A DNA stretch of 53,565 nt from positions 1-53,565 of the forward strand of contig DASYMJ010000109.1 in the NCBI GenBank assembly GCA_036009105.1. Direction: 5' to 3'. The notes under the pieces were generated by a model. That model saw nothing but the letters and a program-made list of their open reading frames with translations. It ran no database searches and was not told where the DNA came from. The DNA is from Thermoanaerobaculia bacterium (GTDB taxonomy: Bacteria; Acidobacteriota; Thermoanaerobaculia; Gp7-AA8). Below are positions 27,957 through 36,827 of the stretch, piece by piece (position 1 is the first letter of the stretch; the number at the start of each line of letters is the position of its first letter). Made by a program: the position numbers and the translations under genes.

Positions 27957-30353
27957 ATGGCAACACACCCCATTCACCATCCGCCGGTCGCCCGCGACCG
28001 GGCGCCGGAGCTCGACGCGCTGGTGGCGGATGCCGCCGCCATCGCCGGCGTTCCGGTGGCCTACCTCGGTTTTCTGGAAGGCGGCGCGGAGTGGATCCGG
28101 GCCACGCGCGGCTGGAACCGGCCCTCGGTGCCGCTCGCGCAGTCGTTCGCCGCGCGCATCCGCGAGGCGCGCGACGTCGTGGTGATCGCCGACGCGACGC
28201 GGGACGCGCGTTTGGCCGACCACCCGCTCGTCACCGGCGCGCCCAACATCCGCTTCTATGCCGGCGCCCCGATCCTCGATCCGAACGGCAATTTCGCCGG
28301 CGCGCTCTCGGTGATGGACCGCGCGCCGCGCACGCTCAACGAAGGGCAGCTGGCCGGGCTTCGCGCGCTGGCGAAAGTGGTGATGCGCGAGCTGCGCGTG
28401 CGCGACCTGGAGGAAGCGGTGGCCGAGGCGGATGACCGCTTCCGCGACTTCTTCGAGCACACCGACGACCTGATCATGAGCATCGGTCCGGACGGCCGGC
28501 TGCTGCACGCCAACCAGGCCGTGGCCAACGCGTTGGGATATTCGCGCGAGGAGCTGGCCAGCGCGCCGCTGGTGCGGCTGATGGATGCCGAGGCGCGCGA
28601 CGGCTTCCGCGCCGCGTTCGCCGCGGCGTTCTCCACGCGCGAGGCGCAGCGCGTCGAGACCGTCTTCGTCACCTCCGGCGGGCGGCGCATCACGGTGGAA
28701 GGCTCGCTGCGGCCCCGCCTGGTGGACGGCCATCCCGTGCTCGCGCGGGTGACTTTCCGAGACATCACCGACCGCAAGGAGTTCGAGTCGGAGCTCGGCA
28801 ACGCGCGCGATGCGGCGCTGGAGGCGGCGCGGCTCAAGACGCAGTTCCTGACCAACGTCAGCCACGAGATCCGCACCCCGATGAACGGCATCGTGGGGAT
28901 GATCGACCTGCTCATGGCCTCGCCGCTCAGCGCCGAGCAGCAGGACTTCGCATACCAGGCGCGCGCCAACGCGGACCAGCTGCTGGCCATCGTCAACAAC
29001 ATCCTCTACGTCTCCCACGTGCAGGCGGGCAGCCTCGCCGCGGCGAACGTCGACTTCGACCTGTACCGCACGCTGCAACGGGTGGTCGAGGTGATGAAGA
29101 TCGCGGCGCTGGGCAAGGAGCTGGATGTCTCGTTCGTTTTCGATGAGCAGCTGCCGCCGATCTTTCGCGGCCACCAGGCGCGCATCCGCCAGGTGGTGAC
29201 GAACCTGATGGACAACGCGGTGAAGTTCACCGAAGAGGGGACGGTCGTGTTGCGGGTGCGGCTGCAGACGGAGACGGAGACCCATCGGGTGGTCCGCTTC
29301 GAGGTGCGGGACAGCGGGATCGGCATCGCCGAGGAAGACCGGCTGCTGCTCTTCGAGCGTTTCTCGCAGGTGGAGGCCACCAGCACGCGCCGCTTCGGCG
29401 GCATCGGCCTGGGGCTGGCCACGGCGCGGCAGCTGGTGGAGATGATGGGCGGGCTGATGGACGTCGACTCCACGCCGGGCGTCGGCTCCACCTTCTGGTT
29501 CACCATCCCCTTCCCCAAGCTGGTCTCCTCCCGCAAGCCGATCGGCTCGTCGGACCTGGAGTTCAAGGGCAAGCGCGTGCTGCTCTCCGATCCGCTGCCG
29601 ACCAGCCGGCGCATCGTGCATCACTACCTGGCCCTGACCTGGGAGATGCGGGTGGACGTGGCGGAGACGGAGAGCGAGGCGCTGGCCATGCTGCGCCGGG
29701 CGGCGGAGCTCGGCGATCCCTATCGCGTCGTGGTGGCGGATCTCGATGCGGCGGCGTTCCCGCGCGGCACGAGCTTCGTGCAGCTGGTGGCCAGCAACGG
29801 CCGGGTGAACGACGAGGCCATGCGCGAGGCCGGCGTCGCGGCGTACGTGATGAAGCCGGTGGGGCAGGGGGAGCTGTTCGATGCGATGACCGTCGCGCTG
29901 GCGGGCGACGCGCTGCCGCTGGCGCGCGCCGCGGGGCAGCCGTACGACTCGCGCATGCCGCCGCCGCCCGTGCCGCTGGAGAAGCGCAAGTCGATCCGCG
30001 TGCTGCTGGCCGAGGACAACTTCCTGAACCGCAAGCTGACGCTGAGTCAGCTGGAGAAGCTCGGCTATCCGGTGGACTCGGTGGCGAACGGGAAGGAAGC
30101 GCTCGAGGCGCTGCAGAAGCGCGACTACGAGATCATCCTGATGGACTGCCAGATGCCGGTCCTGGACGGCTACCAGGCCACGATGGACATCCGCCGCTCG
30201 GAAGCGGTCCGGCATCGCATCATCGCCATGACGGCGAACGCGCTGGAAGGCGACCGGGAGAAGTGCCTCGCCGCGGGGATGGACGACTACCTGGCCAAGC
30301 CGACGAAGGCGGATGAGCTGGAGACGGCGCTGGCGCGGTATTTCGCCGTTTAG
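27957..30353 (+). CDS. Hybrid sensor histidine kinase/response regulator (GAF-PAS-HisKA-HATPase-REC-REC)
   Basis: GAF (NIRFYAGAP), PAS, H-box SHEIRTPMNG, N-box NAVKFT, DSGIGI, GGIGLGL, and terminal REC (LLAEDN, LMDCQMP, YLAKP). Confidence 0.93.
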   Translation: MATHPIHHPPVARDRAPELDALVADAAAIAGVPVAYLGFLEGGAEWIRATRGWNRPSVPLAQSFAARIREARDVVVIADATRDARLADHPLVTGAPNIRFYAGAPILDPNGNFAGALSVMDRAPRTLNEGQLAGLRALAKVVMRELRVRDLEEAVAEADDRFRDFFEHTDDLIMSIGPDGRLLHANQAVANALGYSREELASAPLVRLMDAEARDGFRAAFAAAFSTREAQRVETVFVTSGGRRITVEGSLRPRLVDGHPVLARVTFRDITDRKEFESELGNARDAALEAARLKTQFLTNVSHEIRTPMNGIVGMIDLLMASPLSAEQQDFAYQARANADQLLAIVNNILYVSHVQAGSLAAANVDFDLYRTLQRVVEVMKIAALGKELDVSFVFDEQLPPIFRGHQARIRQVVTNLMDNAVKFTEEGTVVLRVRLQTETETHRVVRFEVRDSGIGIAEEDRLLLFERFSQVEATSTRRFGGIGLGLATARQLVEMMGGLMDVDSTPGVGSTFWFTIPFPKLVSSRKPIGSSDLEFKGKRVLLSDPLPTSRRIVHHYLALTWEMRVDVAETESEALAMLRRAAELGDPYRVVVADLDAAAFPRGTSFVQLVASNGRVNDEAMREAGVAAYVMKPVGQGELFDAMTVALAGDALPLARAAGQPYDSRMPPPPVPLEKRKSIRVLLAEDNFLNRKLTLSQLEKLGYPVDSVANGKEALEALQKRDYEIILMDCQMPVLDGYQATMDIRRSEAVRHRIIAMTANALEGDREKCLAAGMDDYLAKPTKADELETALARYFAV

Positions 30354-31489
30354 CGCTCGGCGAGCGCGTCGGCCAGCTTCTCGTAGTCCTCCATGGTGTT
30401 GTACAGCTGCGCCGATACGCGGAGCAGGCGTCCCGGCCAGGGCATGACCGGCACTTCGATGTCGTGCTCGAAGAAGAGGCGGTCCTGCAGCGCCTGGCCG
30501 TCGCCCTCGCCGGGCAGGGGGATGGCGGCCATCGAGCCGAGCATCTCGTCCGGCGCCGGCCGGGCGATGCCGAGGCGCTGGCAGAGCAGGTCGCGGGCGC
30601 GCAACGCGAGGTCGCGGTTGCGGCGCATGATCTCCGGCCACCCGCCCTCCACCAGCGACTCCATCACCCGCAAAGCCTCGGGCACGCAGAGCCAGGCGGT
30701 GGGATCCATCGTGCCGGTCCAGTCGAACTCGAGGTGGAAGCGGCTGCGGTCTTTGCGGGTGGCATTGGCGCCGTGGCTGATGACAGAAGGGTGCAGGCCG
30801 AGGCGGCGGTTGTCGCGGACGTAGAGGAAGCCGGCGCCCTTCGGCGCGCAGACCCATTTGTGCAGGTTGCCGGCGTAGTACGCGGCGCCGATGGCGCGCA
30901 GGTCGAGCGGCAGCATGCCCGGCGCATGCGCCCCATCGACGAGCACATCCACCCCCCTCGCCTGCACCGCCGATACGATGCCTGCGGCGGGGAAGACGAG
31001 CGCCGTCTGGCTGGTCACGTGGTCGATGAGGACGAGGCGGGTGCGCGGGGTGAGCGCGGCGAGGATGCGCTCCGTGATCTCGTCCGGCGAGGCGATGGGG
31101 AAGGGGATGGGGACGACGATGACCGCGGCGCCGGCGAGGCCGGCCACGTAGTCGATCGTGTTGCGGCAGGCGTTGTACTCGTGCGAGGTGACCACCAGCT
31201 CGTCGAGCTTGTCGAGGTCGAGCGAGCGGAGGACGGCGTTGACGCCGGCGGTGGCGTTGCCGGAGAAGGCGAGGCCCGCTTCGTCGGCGCCGAGGAAGGC
31301 GGCGAGCGTGCGGCGCGCTTCGTCGAGGAGCGGCTCGAGCTCGCGGTTCATGAAGCGCACCGGCTCGCGCTCCAGTTGCGTGCGCAGCTCGGCCTGGCGG
31401 GCCAGCACCGCGATCGGCGTCGCGCCGTACGAGCCGTGGTTCAGGAACGTGACGGCGGGGTCAAGGAGCCAATGTTTTTTCAATTCCAT
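30350..31489 (-). CDS. Class V PLP aminotransferase (isopenicillin N epimerase / cysteine lyase-like)
   Basis: FLNHGSYGA, DHVTSQT, VDGAHAPG, GNLHKWVCAPKG and LRVSAQLYN. Confidence 0.9.
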   Translation of the reverse strand: MELKKHWLLDPAVTFLNHGSYGATPIAVLARQAELRTQLEREPVRFMNRELEPLLDEARRTLAAFLGADEAGLAFSGNATAGVNAVLRSLDLDKLDELVVTSHEYNACRNTIDYVAGLAGAAVIVVPIPFPIASPDEITERILAALTPRTRLVLIDHVTSQTALVFPAAGIVSAVQARGVDVLVDGAHAPGMLPLDLRAIGAAYYAGNLHKWVCAPKGAGFLYVRDNRRLGLHPSVISHGANATRKDRSRFHLEFDWTGTMDPTAWLCVPEALRVMESLVEGGWPEIMRRNRDLALRARDLLCQRLGIARPAPDEMLGSMAAIPLPGEGDGQALQDRLFFEHDIEVPVMPWPGRLLRVSAQLYNTMEDYEKLADALAER

Positions 31490-32558
31490 CGCTGAAGGTC
31501 GCGGGCGGCGTGAGGAGCGAGACGACCAAGTATCCGTCGGACGGGAAGTCGAAGAAATAGCCGGGATGGACGAGGACGCCGTGCCGCTCCAGCAGCTGGA
31601 GGGCAAAGTCCTCGTCGCTTTGCGTGGCCGGGATGCGGATCACGGCCGACCAGCCGCCTTCCACCGGGAGCAGCTGGTAGTCGTTGCGCCGCTTCACGGC
31701 TTCCTGCAGATACGCGAGGTTGGCGCGGATGCGCTCCCGGATGCGGTCGCGGATGGTGGCGCCGAGGCGCAACAGCTCCGGCAGCGCGACCTGGACGGGA
31801 GTGGCGACGGAGAGGAAGTTGTCGGCGATCAGCTCCAGCGCCTCGATGGCTTCTCTTTTCAAGTACGGCGGCCCGCCGACGCGGATCCAGCCGAGTTTGT
31901 AGTGGGGGAGGCCGGCCGATTTCGACAGGCCGCCCAACGCGAAGGAAAGGACATCATCCCGGACCAGGGATGGCGCCGGCTCGGTGAAAAAGTAGTCGCG
32001 AAAGACCTCGTCGCTGATGAGCGGCAGGCCGTGCGCGGCGAGCGCGTCCTGTTCGGCAGCAGTGACGAACGAGCCGGTGGGATTGTTCGGGTTGACCACC
32101 ACGATGGCGCGCGCGGTGGCGTCGAGCGGCACGTCGGTGAGCTCCCAGCGGCGGTGGAGCTCGAGCGGGAAATGCCTCAGCGTCACGAGCTCCAGCGAGG
32201 CGAGGTGCTCGAGCAGTGGATAGGACGGCGTCGCGGTGAGGATTGCGTCGCCCGGATCGGTGAGCAGCTTGAAGAGGAAGGAGTAGGCCTCGCTGGTGGA
32301 GGCGGTGATCACGACGTCTTCGCCGCTGCAGCCGAGGTGTTGGGCGACCGTTTCGCGGGCGGAGCGGAGGCCGAGCGGCTCGGGATCGTATCTGGCGCGG
32401 GAGGCGCGCGACAGCGCTTCCGCGAGCTCATCATCCGGATAGGCGATGTCCGCGCGGGTGGGGTTCGATTCGGTCAGGTCGAGGAGCGGCAACCGTTGGG
32501 CGCGGGCCAGGGTGAGGCGGTTGGGCGGTGCGCTCCAGTGGGCGCGTTTGGAAAACAA
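31461..32558 (-). CDS. Class I/II PLP-dependent aminotransferase
   Basis: DLTESNPT, PSYPL, VNPNNPTG, ISDEVF, GGLSKSAGLPHYKLGW and VHPGYFF. Confidence 0.9.
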   Translation of the reverse strand: MFSKRAHWSAPPNRLTLARAQRLPLLDLTESNPTRADIAYPDDELAEALSRASRARYDPEPLGLRSARETVAQHLGCSGEDVVITASTSEAYSFLFKLLTDPGDAILTATPSYPLLEHLASLELVTLRHFPLELHRRWELTDVPLDATARAIVVVNPNNPTGSFVTAAEQDALAAHGLPLISDEVFRDYFFTEPAPSLVRDDVLSFALGGLSKSAGLPHYKLGWIRVGGPPYLKREAIEALELIADNFLSVATPVQVALPELLRLGATIRDRIRERIRANLAYLQEAVKRRNDYQLLPVEGGWSAVIRIPATQSDEDFALQLLERHGVLVHPGYFFDFPSDGYLVVSLLTPPATFSDGIEKTLAP

Positions 32559-32562
32559 CGCC

Positions 32563-33594
32563 CTAAGAATGGCAGCTCTGGCGCGTCTCCGCCAGCCCCT
32601 TCTCCAGGTCGCTGCGGGCCTGGGCGCGGGTGGCAGGAACCGACTCGATGGCCTCGCGGAACGTGGCCGCCGCCTCTTCGCAGGAGCCTTTCGCGGCCAG
32701 GATGCGGGCCAGCGTGTCGAGCATGAGGTACGAATCCGGCCCCGGGATGGAAGCCGCGCGCCGGGCGAGCGTCTCCGCCTCGGGCAGGCGCTTCTGCGTG
32801 AAGAGCAGCCAGGCGAGATTGTTCAGCGTGTCGCGCGAGGAGTCATCGAGGGCCAGCGCCTTGCGGAATGCTTCCTCGGCGGCCTGGTAGCTGCCGAGCT
32901 GCGATTCCGCGTTGCCGAGGTTCGTCCAGGCGACGACGTTGTCGGGGTGGCGGAGGAGGACCACGCGGTAGCGCTCCGCGGCGTCGGCGTACTTGCCTTC
33001 GTCTTCCAGCGCGACGGCGGTGCGGAGGAGATTGGCCGGGTCCGGATCGGGCTTGATGAAGAGCGCTGCATGGCCGCCGCCCTTCCACGGCCTGGCCAGG
33101 CGGTCGAAGGTGACCCAGCGCGCCTTGCCGTCGCCGAACTGGGTGCGGATCAGGTTGCGCTGGGGGTCGATGCCGTCCGCGACCACGAAGTGGAAGAAGT
33201 CGTACTCGTGGCCGGGGGAGTCGACCACCTGCAGCATGAGGATGACCGGCCTGCCTTCGCGCAATTCGGCGGCCACGCTTTCCGGCGTGCCGGTGACGAG
33301 CCGCGCCTCGAAGCCGCGCTGGCGGGCGGCGAGGACGAGGTCGATGGACATCACGCCGCCGCGCGTCTTGGGGAGCTTCGCGTCCCACTGGGCCATGGTC
33401 AGCGGATCGCCGTAGTGCTGCAGGACGGTGGAGAGGGAGGCGGGGCCGCACGACTCGATGCCCCACTTCTGCATCGGCATGTTGGGGATGACGGTGGCCG
33501 CGGGGCTGACCCGCTGGGAGCGGGGCGTCCAGGTGACGCAGGAGGCGAGCAGCAGCGAGCAGCTCGCGGCAAAAATGAATCGGGCGAGTGTCAC
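32563..33594 (-). CDS. C39-like cysteine peptidase plus TPR lipoprotein (PA2778-like)
   Basis: Lipobox LASC, CGPASLSTVL (catalytic Cys), HFVVADG (His/Asp) and C-terminal TPRs (AWTNLG, TLNNLAW). GTG start at 33594. Confidence 0.82.
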   Translation of the reverse strand: MTLARFIFAASCSLLLASCVTWTPRSQRVSPAATVIPNMPMQKWGIESCGPASLSTVLQHYGDPLTMAQWDAKLPKTRGGVMSIDLVLAARQRGFEARLVTGTPESVAAELREGRPVILMLQVVDSPGHEYDFFHFVVADGIDPQRNLIRTQFGDGKARWVTFDRLARPWKGGGHAALFIKPDPDPANLLRTAVALEDEGKYADAAERYRVVLLRHPDNVVAWTNLGNAESQLGSYQAAEEAFRKALALDDSSRDTLNNLAWLLFTQKRLPEAETLARRAASIPGPDSYLMLDTLARILAAKGSCEEAAATFREAIESVPATRAQARSDLEKGLAETRQSCHS

Positions 33595-33607
33595 ACTCGC
33601 CCGATTC
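33577..33607. promoter_or_regulatory. Perfect 15-bp inverted repeat centred on the peptidase start codon
   Basis: GAATCGGGCGAGTGT-c-ACACTCGCCCGATTC. Confidence 0.6.
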
Positions 33608-33632
33608 TGCCGTACGGCGCCGGGAAGATGCA

Positions 33633-33992
33633 TCAACTGAGGGCGACGACCAGGATGAGCGCGGCGAGGGCGCCGACGCCGATCCAGATCCACTCCTGCT
33701 TGGTCAGGCCGGCGGCCTGAAGCTGATCGAGATTCTGGGCCAGCTGATGCAGGTCCTGCGACGACATCTGCGCGACGCGCTCGTTCACCTGCTCCTGCGT
33801 GAACCCGTGCGCGGCGAGCACTTTCGCCACTTCCTCGTTCCCGGCGACGTCGCGCACGAGCGCGATATCGGCAGCACGGGAATCGAGGCTCTGATTCGCC
33901 GCGGTCTTCGACGGAACCGGTCCGGCGAAGGCGGGAATCGCGGCAAAAGCAACAAGGAAGAGAACCAGGAACAACGACTTGGAAAGACGCAT
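33633..33992 (-). CDS. PA2779-like small exported/membrane protein
   Basis: Signal peptide; GFTQEQVNERVAQMSSQDLHQLAQNLDQLQAAG followed by a C-terminal TM helix; immediately upstream of the C39 peptidase. Confidence 0.78.
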   Translation of the reverse strand: MRLSKSLFLVLFLVAFAAIPAFAGPVPSKTAANQSLDSRAADIALVRDVAGNEEVAKVLAAHGFTQEQVNERVAQMSSQDLHQLAQNLDQLQAAGLTKQEWIWIGVGALAALILVVALS

Positions 33993-34181
33993 GGACAGCA
34001 AACCTCCTTTTCGTTCATCCCGGCGCGTCATTGGGTTGACGGCCTGTGATGGTGCAGCGGAGCAAAACGCGGACCACCGCCGGCCACCGCCGGCCACGGG
34101 CCGGCCACGGGCCGGTGCGTTGGTTGGCATAGCCCGTCCGGACGTGAGGCTGCTTCGTGGGAGCGGCGGCGTGCGCCGCGT

Positions 34182-34221
34182 TCTCCTGATCGCTGCTCGC
34201 TGACCGCCGATCGCTGACCGC
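34182..34221. repeat. Single arm of heptamer family B
   Basis: tctcc tgatcgc tgctcgc tgaccgc cgatcgc tgaccgc, upstream of rel. Confidence 0.7.
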
Positions 34222-34263
34222 TCGGAAGACTGCTACGATGGCCGGCTGTTTCAGCGAGAGCCC

Positions 34264-36444
34264 ATGATCCGCTTCGAAGACATCCTCGACCGCATCGAGA
34301 GCTACAAGCCGGATTTCGATGAGGAGCTGCTGGAGAAGGCTTACATCTTCTCCGCGCGCGAGCATCGGGGGCAGACTCGCAGCTCGGGCGAGCCGTACCT
34401 GATCCATCCGCTCAACGTCGCTTACATCCTGGCGGACATGCGTCTCGATGAGACCTCCATCGCGGTCGGACTGCTGCACGACGTGCTGGAGGACACGCTC
34501 ACCACCAAGGAGCGCCTCCAGGAGATCTTCGGCAACGACGTGGCGGAACTGGTCGACGGCGTCACCAAGATCTCCCGCTACGCCTACGTCTCGAAGGAGG
34601 AGCAGCAGGCGGAGACCTTCCGCAAGATGCTCCTGGCCATGGTCTCCGACCTGCGCGTGGTGCTGGTCAAGCTCGCCGACCGCCTGCACAACATGCGCAC
34701 CCTGCAGTACCTGCCGGACGAGAAGCGCCTCGCCGTCTCCAAGGAGACGCTGGAGATCTACGCCCCCATCGCCAACCGCCTCGGCATGGGCCGCATCAAG
34801 AGCGAGCTGGAAGACCTCTCCCTGCGCTGGCTCCATCCGCGCGAGTTCGAGGAGCTGAACAAGTCGGTCAGCGAGAAGATGGCCGTCTCCGGCGACGTGG
34901 TGGAGCGCATCCGGGAGACGCTCGCCGCGCACATGAAGACCAACGAGATCGAGGGGGAAGTCTACGGCCGGGTCAAGTCGATGTTCTCCATCTTCACCAA
35001 GATGCGGCGGCAGGAGATCGACATCGGCCAGCTGTACGACTACCTCGCCTTCCGCATCATCACCCCGTCCGTGAAGGACTGCTACGCCTGCCTCGGCATC
35101 ATCCATCAGATGTGGAGGCCGGTCCCCGGCCGCATCAAGGACTACATCGCGATGCCGAAGCCGAACTTCTATCAGTCGCTGCACACCACGGTGGTGGCGG
35201 AGAAAGGCCAGCCCTTCGAGGTGCAGATCCGGACCCGGGAGATGGACCTCATCGCCGAGCAGGGCATCGCGGCGCACTGGAAGTACAAGGAGGGACGCAT
35301 CGGCGCCTCGCCGGACGACGCCTCCTTCCTCTGGCTGCGCCAGCTGGTGGAGTGGCAGCACGACATCAAGGATCCCCGGGTCTTCATGAACTCGCTGAAG
35401 ATCGACCTCTATCCGGACGAGGTCTACACCTTCACCCCGAAAGGGGACGTCTTCGCCTTCCCGCGCGGCGCAACGCCGCTCGACTTCGCCTACCGCATCC
35501 ACACCGACGTCGGCCACCGCTGCCAGGGCGCGCGGGTGAACGGGAAGCTGGTGCCGCTGCGGACGCCGCTCAAGAACGGCGACATCGTGGAGATCGCCAC
35601 CGGCGCCAGCCAGACCCCCAGCCGGGAGTGGGTGAACATGGTGGTCACCGCCCGGGCCCGGCACAAGATCCGGCACTGGCTGAACGCGGAGCAGAAGAAC
35701 CGCTCCATCGAGCTGGGGCGGAAGCTCATCGAGAAGGAAGCCAAGAAGTACCGGGTGCAGTGGCGGAAGCTGGTGGCGGAGAACGCCCTGGACGGCGTGC
35801 TGCACGAGTACGCGCTGCCGCGCCTGGACGATCTCTACGCGGACGTCGGCTACGGCAAGGTCTCGGCGCGCCACATCGTGGAGCGCTTCGTCACCGACGA
35901 GCAGAAGGAGAAGGGGCCGGCCACCACCGATGCGGGCGTGCTGCAGCAGGCCGTGCGCAGGATCTTCCCCTTCACCTCATCGCAGACGGCGATCAAGGTC
36001 AAGGGCTATGACGACCTGATGACGTATCTGGCCAAGTGCTGCACGCCGCTGCCGGGGGAGCCGATCGTCGGCTACATCAGCCGCGGCAAGGGGGTGGCCG
36101 TGCACAGCGCGAACTGCCCGAACGTGAAGAACCTGATGTTCAACCCCGACCGGGAGATCGCGGTGGAGTGGGCCGACCAGCGCCAGTCGCAGTTCCAGGT
36201 GGAGCTGGAGATCATGATGGAGGACCGGCAGGGCATCCTGGCCCGCGTCATCAACACCATCTCCAACCTGAAGACCAACATCCGGCAGATGGACACCCGC
36301 TCCGGCGAGGGCAAGGCCACGGCGGAGATGGTCCTGGAGATCGCGGACCTCAAGCACCTGGAGAAGGTGACGCGCTCCATTCAGGGGCTGGACGGGGTGC
36401 TGCAGGTGGGGCGGAAGTACAACATCCGGCATGCCACGGCTTAG
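34264..36444 (+). CDS. spoT: Bifunctional (p)ppGpp synthetase/hydrolase (long RSH)
   Basis: Intact HD domain (LLHDVLED), VKLADRLHNMRTL, RVKS, YQSLHTT, EVQIRT, TGS (FTPKG), ZFD (CC...HxxxC) and ACT. Confidence 0.96.
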   Translation: MIRFEDILDRIESYKPDFDEELLEKAYIFSAREHRGQTRSSGEPYLIHPLNVAYILADMRLDETSIAVGLLHDVLEDTLTTKERLQEIFGNDVAELVDGVTKISRYAYVSKEEQQAETFRKMLLAMVSDLRVVLVKLADRLHNMRTLQYLPDEKRLAVSKETLEIYAPIANRLGMGRIKSELEDLSLRWLHPREFEELNKSVSEKMAVSGDVVERIRETLAAHMKTNEIEGEVYGRVKSMFSIFTKMRRQEIDIGQLYDYLAFRIITPSVKDCYACLGIIHQMWRPVPGRIKDYIAMPKPNFYQSLHTTVVAEKGQPFEVQIRTREMDLIAEQGIAAHWKYKEGRIGASPDDASFLWLRQLVEWQHDIKDPRVFMNSLKIDLYPDEVYTFTPKGDVFAFPRGATPLDFAYRIHTDVGHRCQGARVNGKLVPLRTPLKNGDIVEIATGASQTPSREWVNMVVTARARHKIRHWLNAEQKNRSIELGRKLIEKEAKKYRVQWRKLVAENALDGVLHEYALPRLDDLYADVGYGKVSARHIVERFVTDEQKEKGPATTDAGVLQQAVRRIFPFTSSQTAIKVKGYDDLMTYLAKCCTPLPGEPIVGYISRGKGVAVHSANCPNVKNLMFNPDREIAVEWADQRQSQFQVELEIMMEDRQGILARVINTISNLKTNIRQMDTRSGEGKATAEMVLEIADLKHLEKVTRSIQGLDGVLQVGRKYNIRHATA

Positions 36445-36452
36445 CGCGTTCG

Positions 36453-36824
36453 ATGGTGATCCTGCGCCAGGAGCAGTTCGACGCGCTCGCGGCGGATGCG
36501 CAGCGGCGCTTCGAGGACGAGCTGCGCCGGTTCCTGCTCTCCGGCTATCCGCGTGCGGTGGCGGGCATTGCCGAGGGCGAGCTGCGGACGCGCATCGCCT
36601 CGGCCGTTGCTCGCGCCGCCGCAAGTCATGGCCTGACCTTCCAGAGCTCCATCGCCGTGTTCGTGGCGGCGACGTTCACCGCCGGCGAGCGCTTCGACGA
36701 GTACCCGCCGATCGCCGCCATCCTGGCCCGGCCGTCATCCGAGGAGCGCCGGATGAAGCGGCTGCAGGATCTGCCGGAAGGCGTCTGGACGGCAGCACGG
36801 GCATTCTGCGACGAGAGGGGATGA
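36453..36824 (+). CDS. Hypothetical helical protein
   Basis: ORF MVILRQEQFDAL...FEDELRRFL...GERFDEYP; coding-like and closely spaced to the next gene. Confidence 0.65.
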   Translation: MVILRQEQFDALAADAQRRFEDELRRFLLSGYPRAVAGIAEGELRTRIASAVARAAASHGLTFQSSIAVFVAATFTAGERFDEYPPIAAILARPSSEERRMKRLQDLPEGVWTAARAFCDERG

Positions 36825-36827
36825 CCG

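Noticed and set aside
27939-30857. Very long alternative-frame ORFs (e.g. 27939-30857 minus, 41334-44387 minus, 11510-13375 part of the sdhB frame)
   Set aside because: Expected stop-poor shadow frames in high-GC DNA that overlap well-supported genes.
34070-34115. Short tandem CCAC(C/G)G(C)CGG repeats upstream of rel
   Set aside because: Four GC-rich 10-11-mers with no other copy or structure; likely local slippage.
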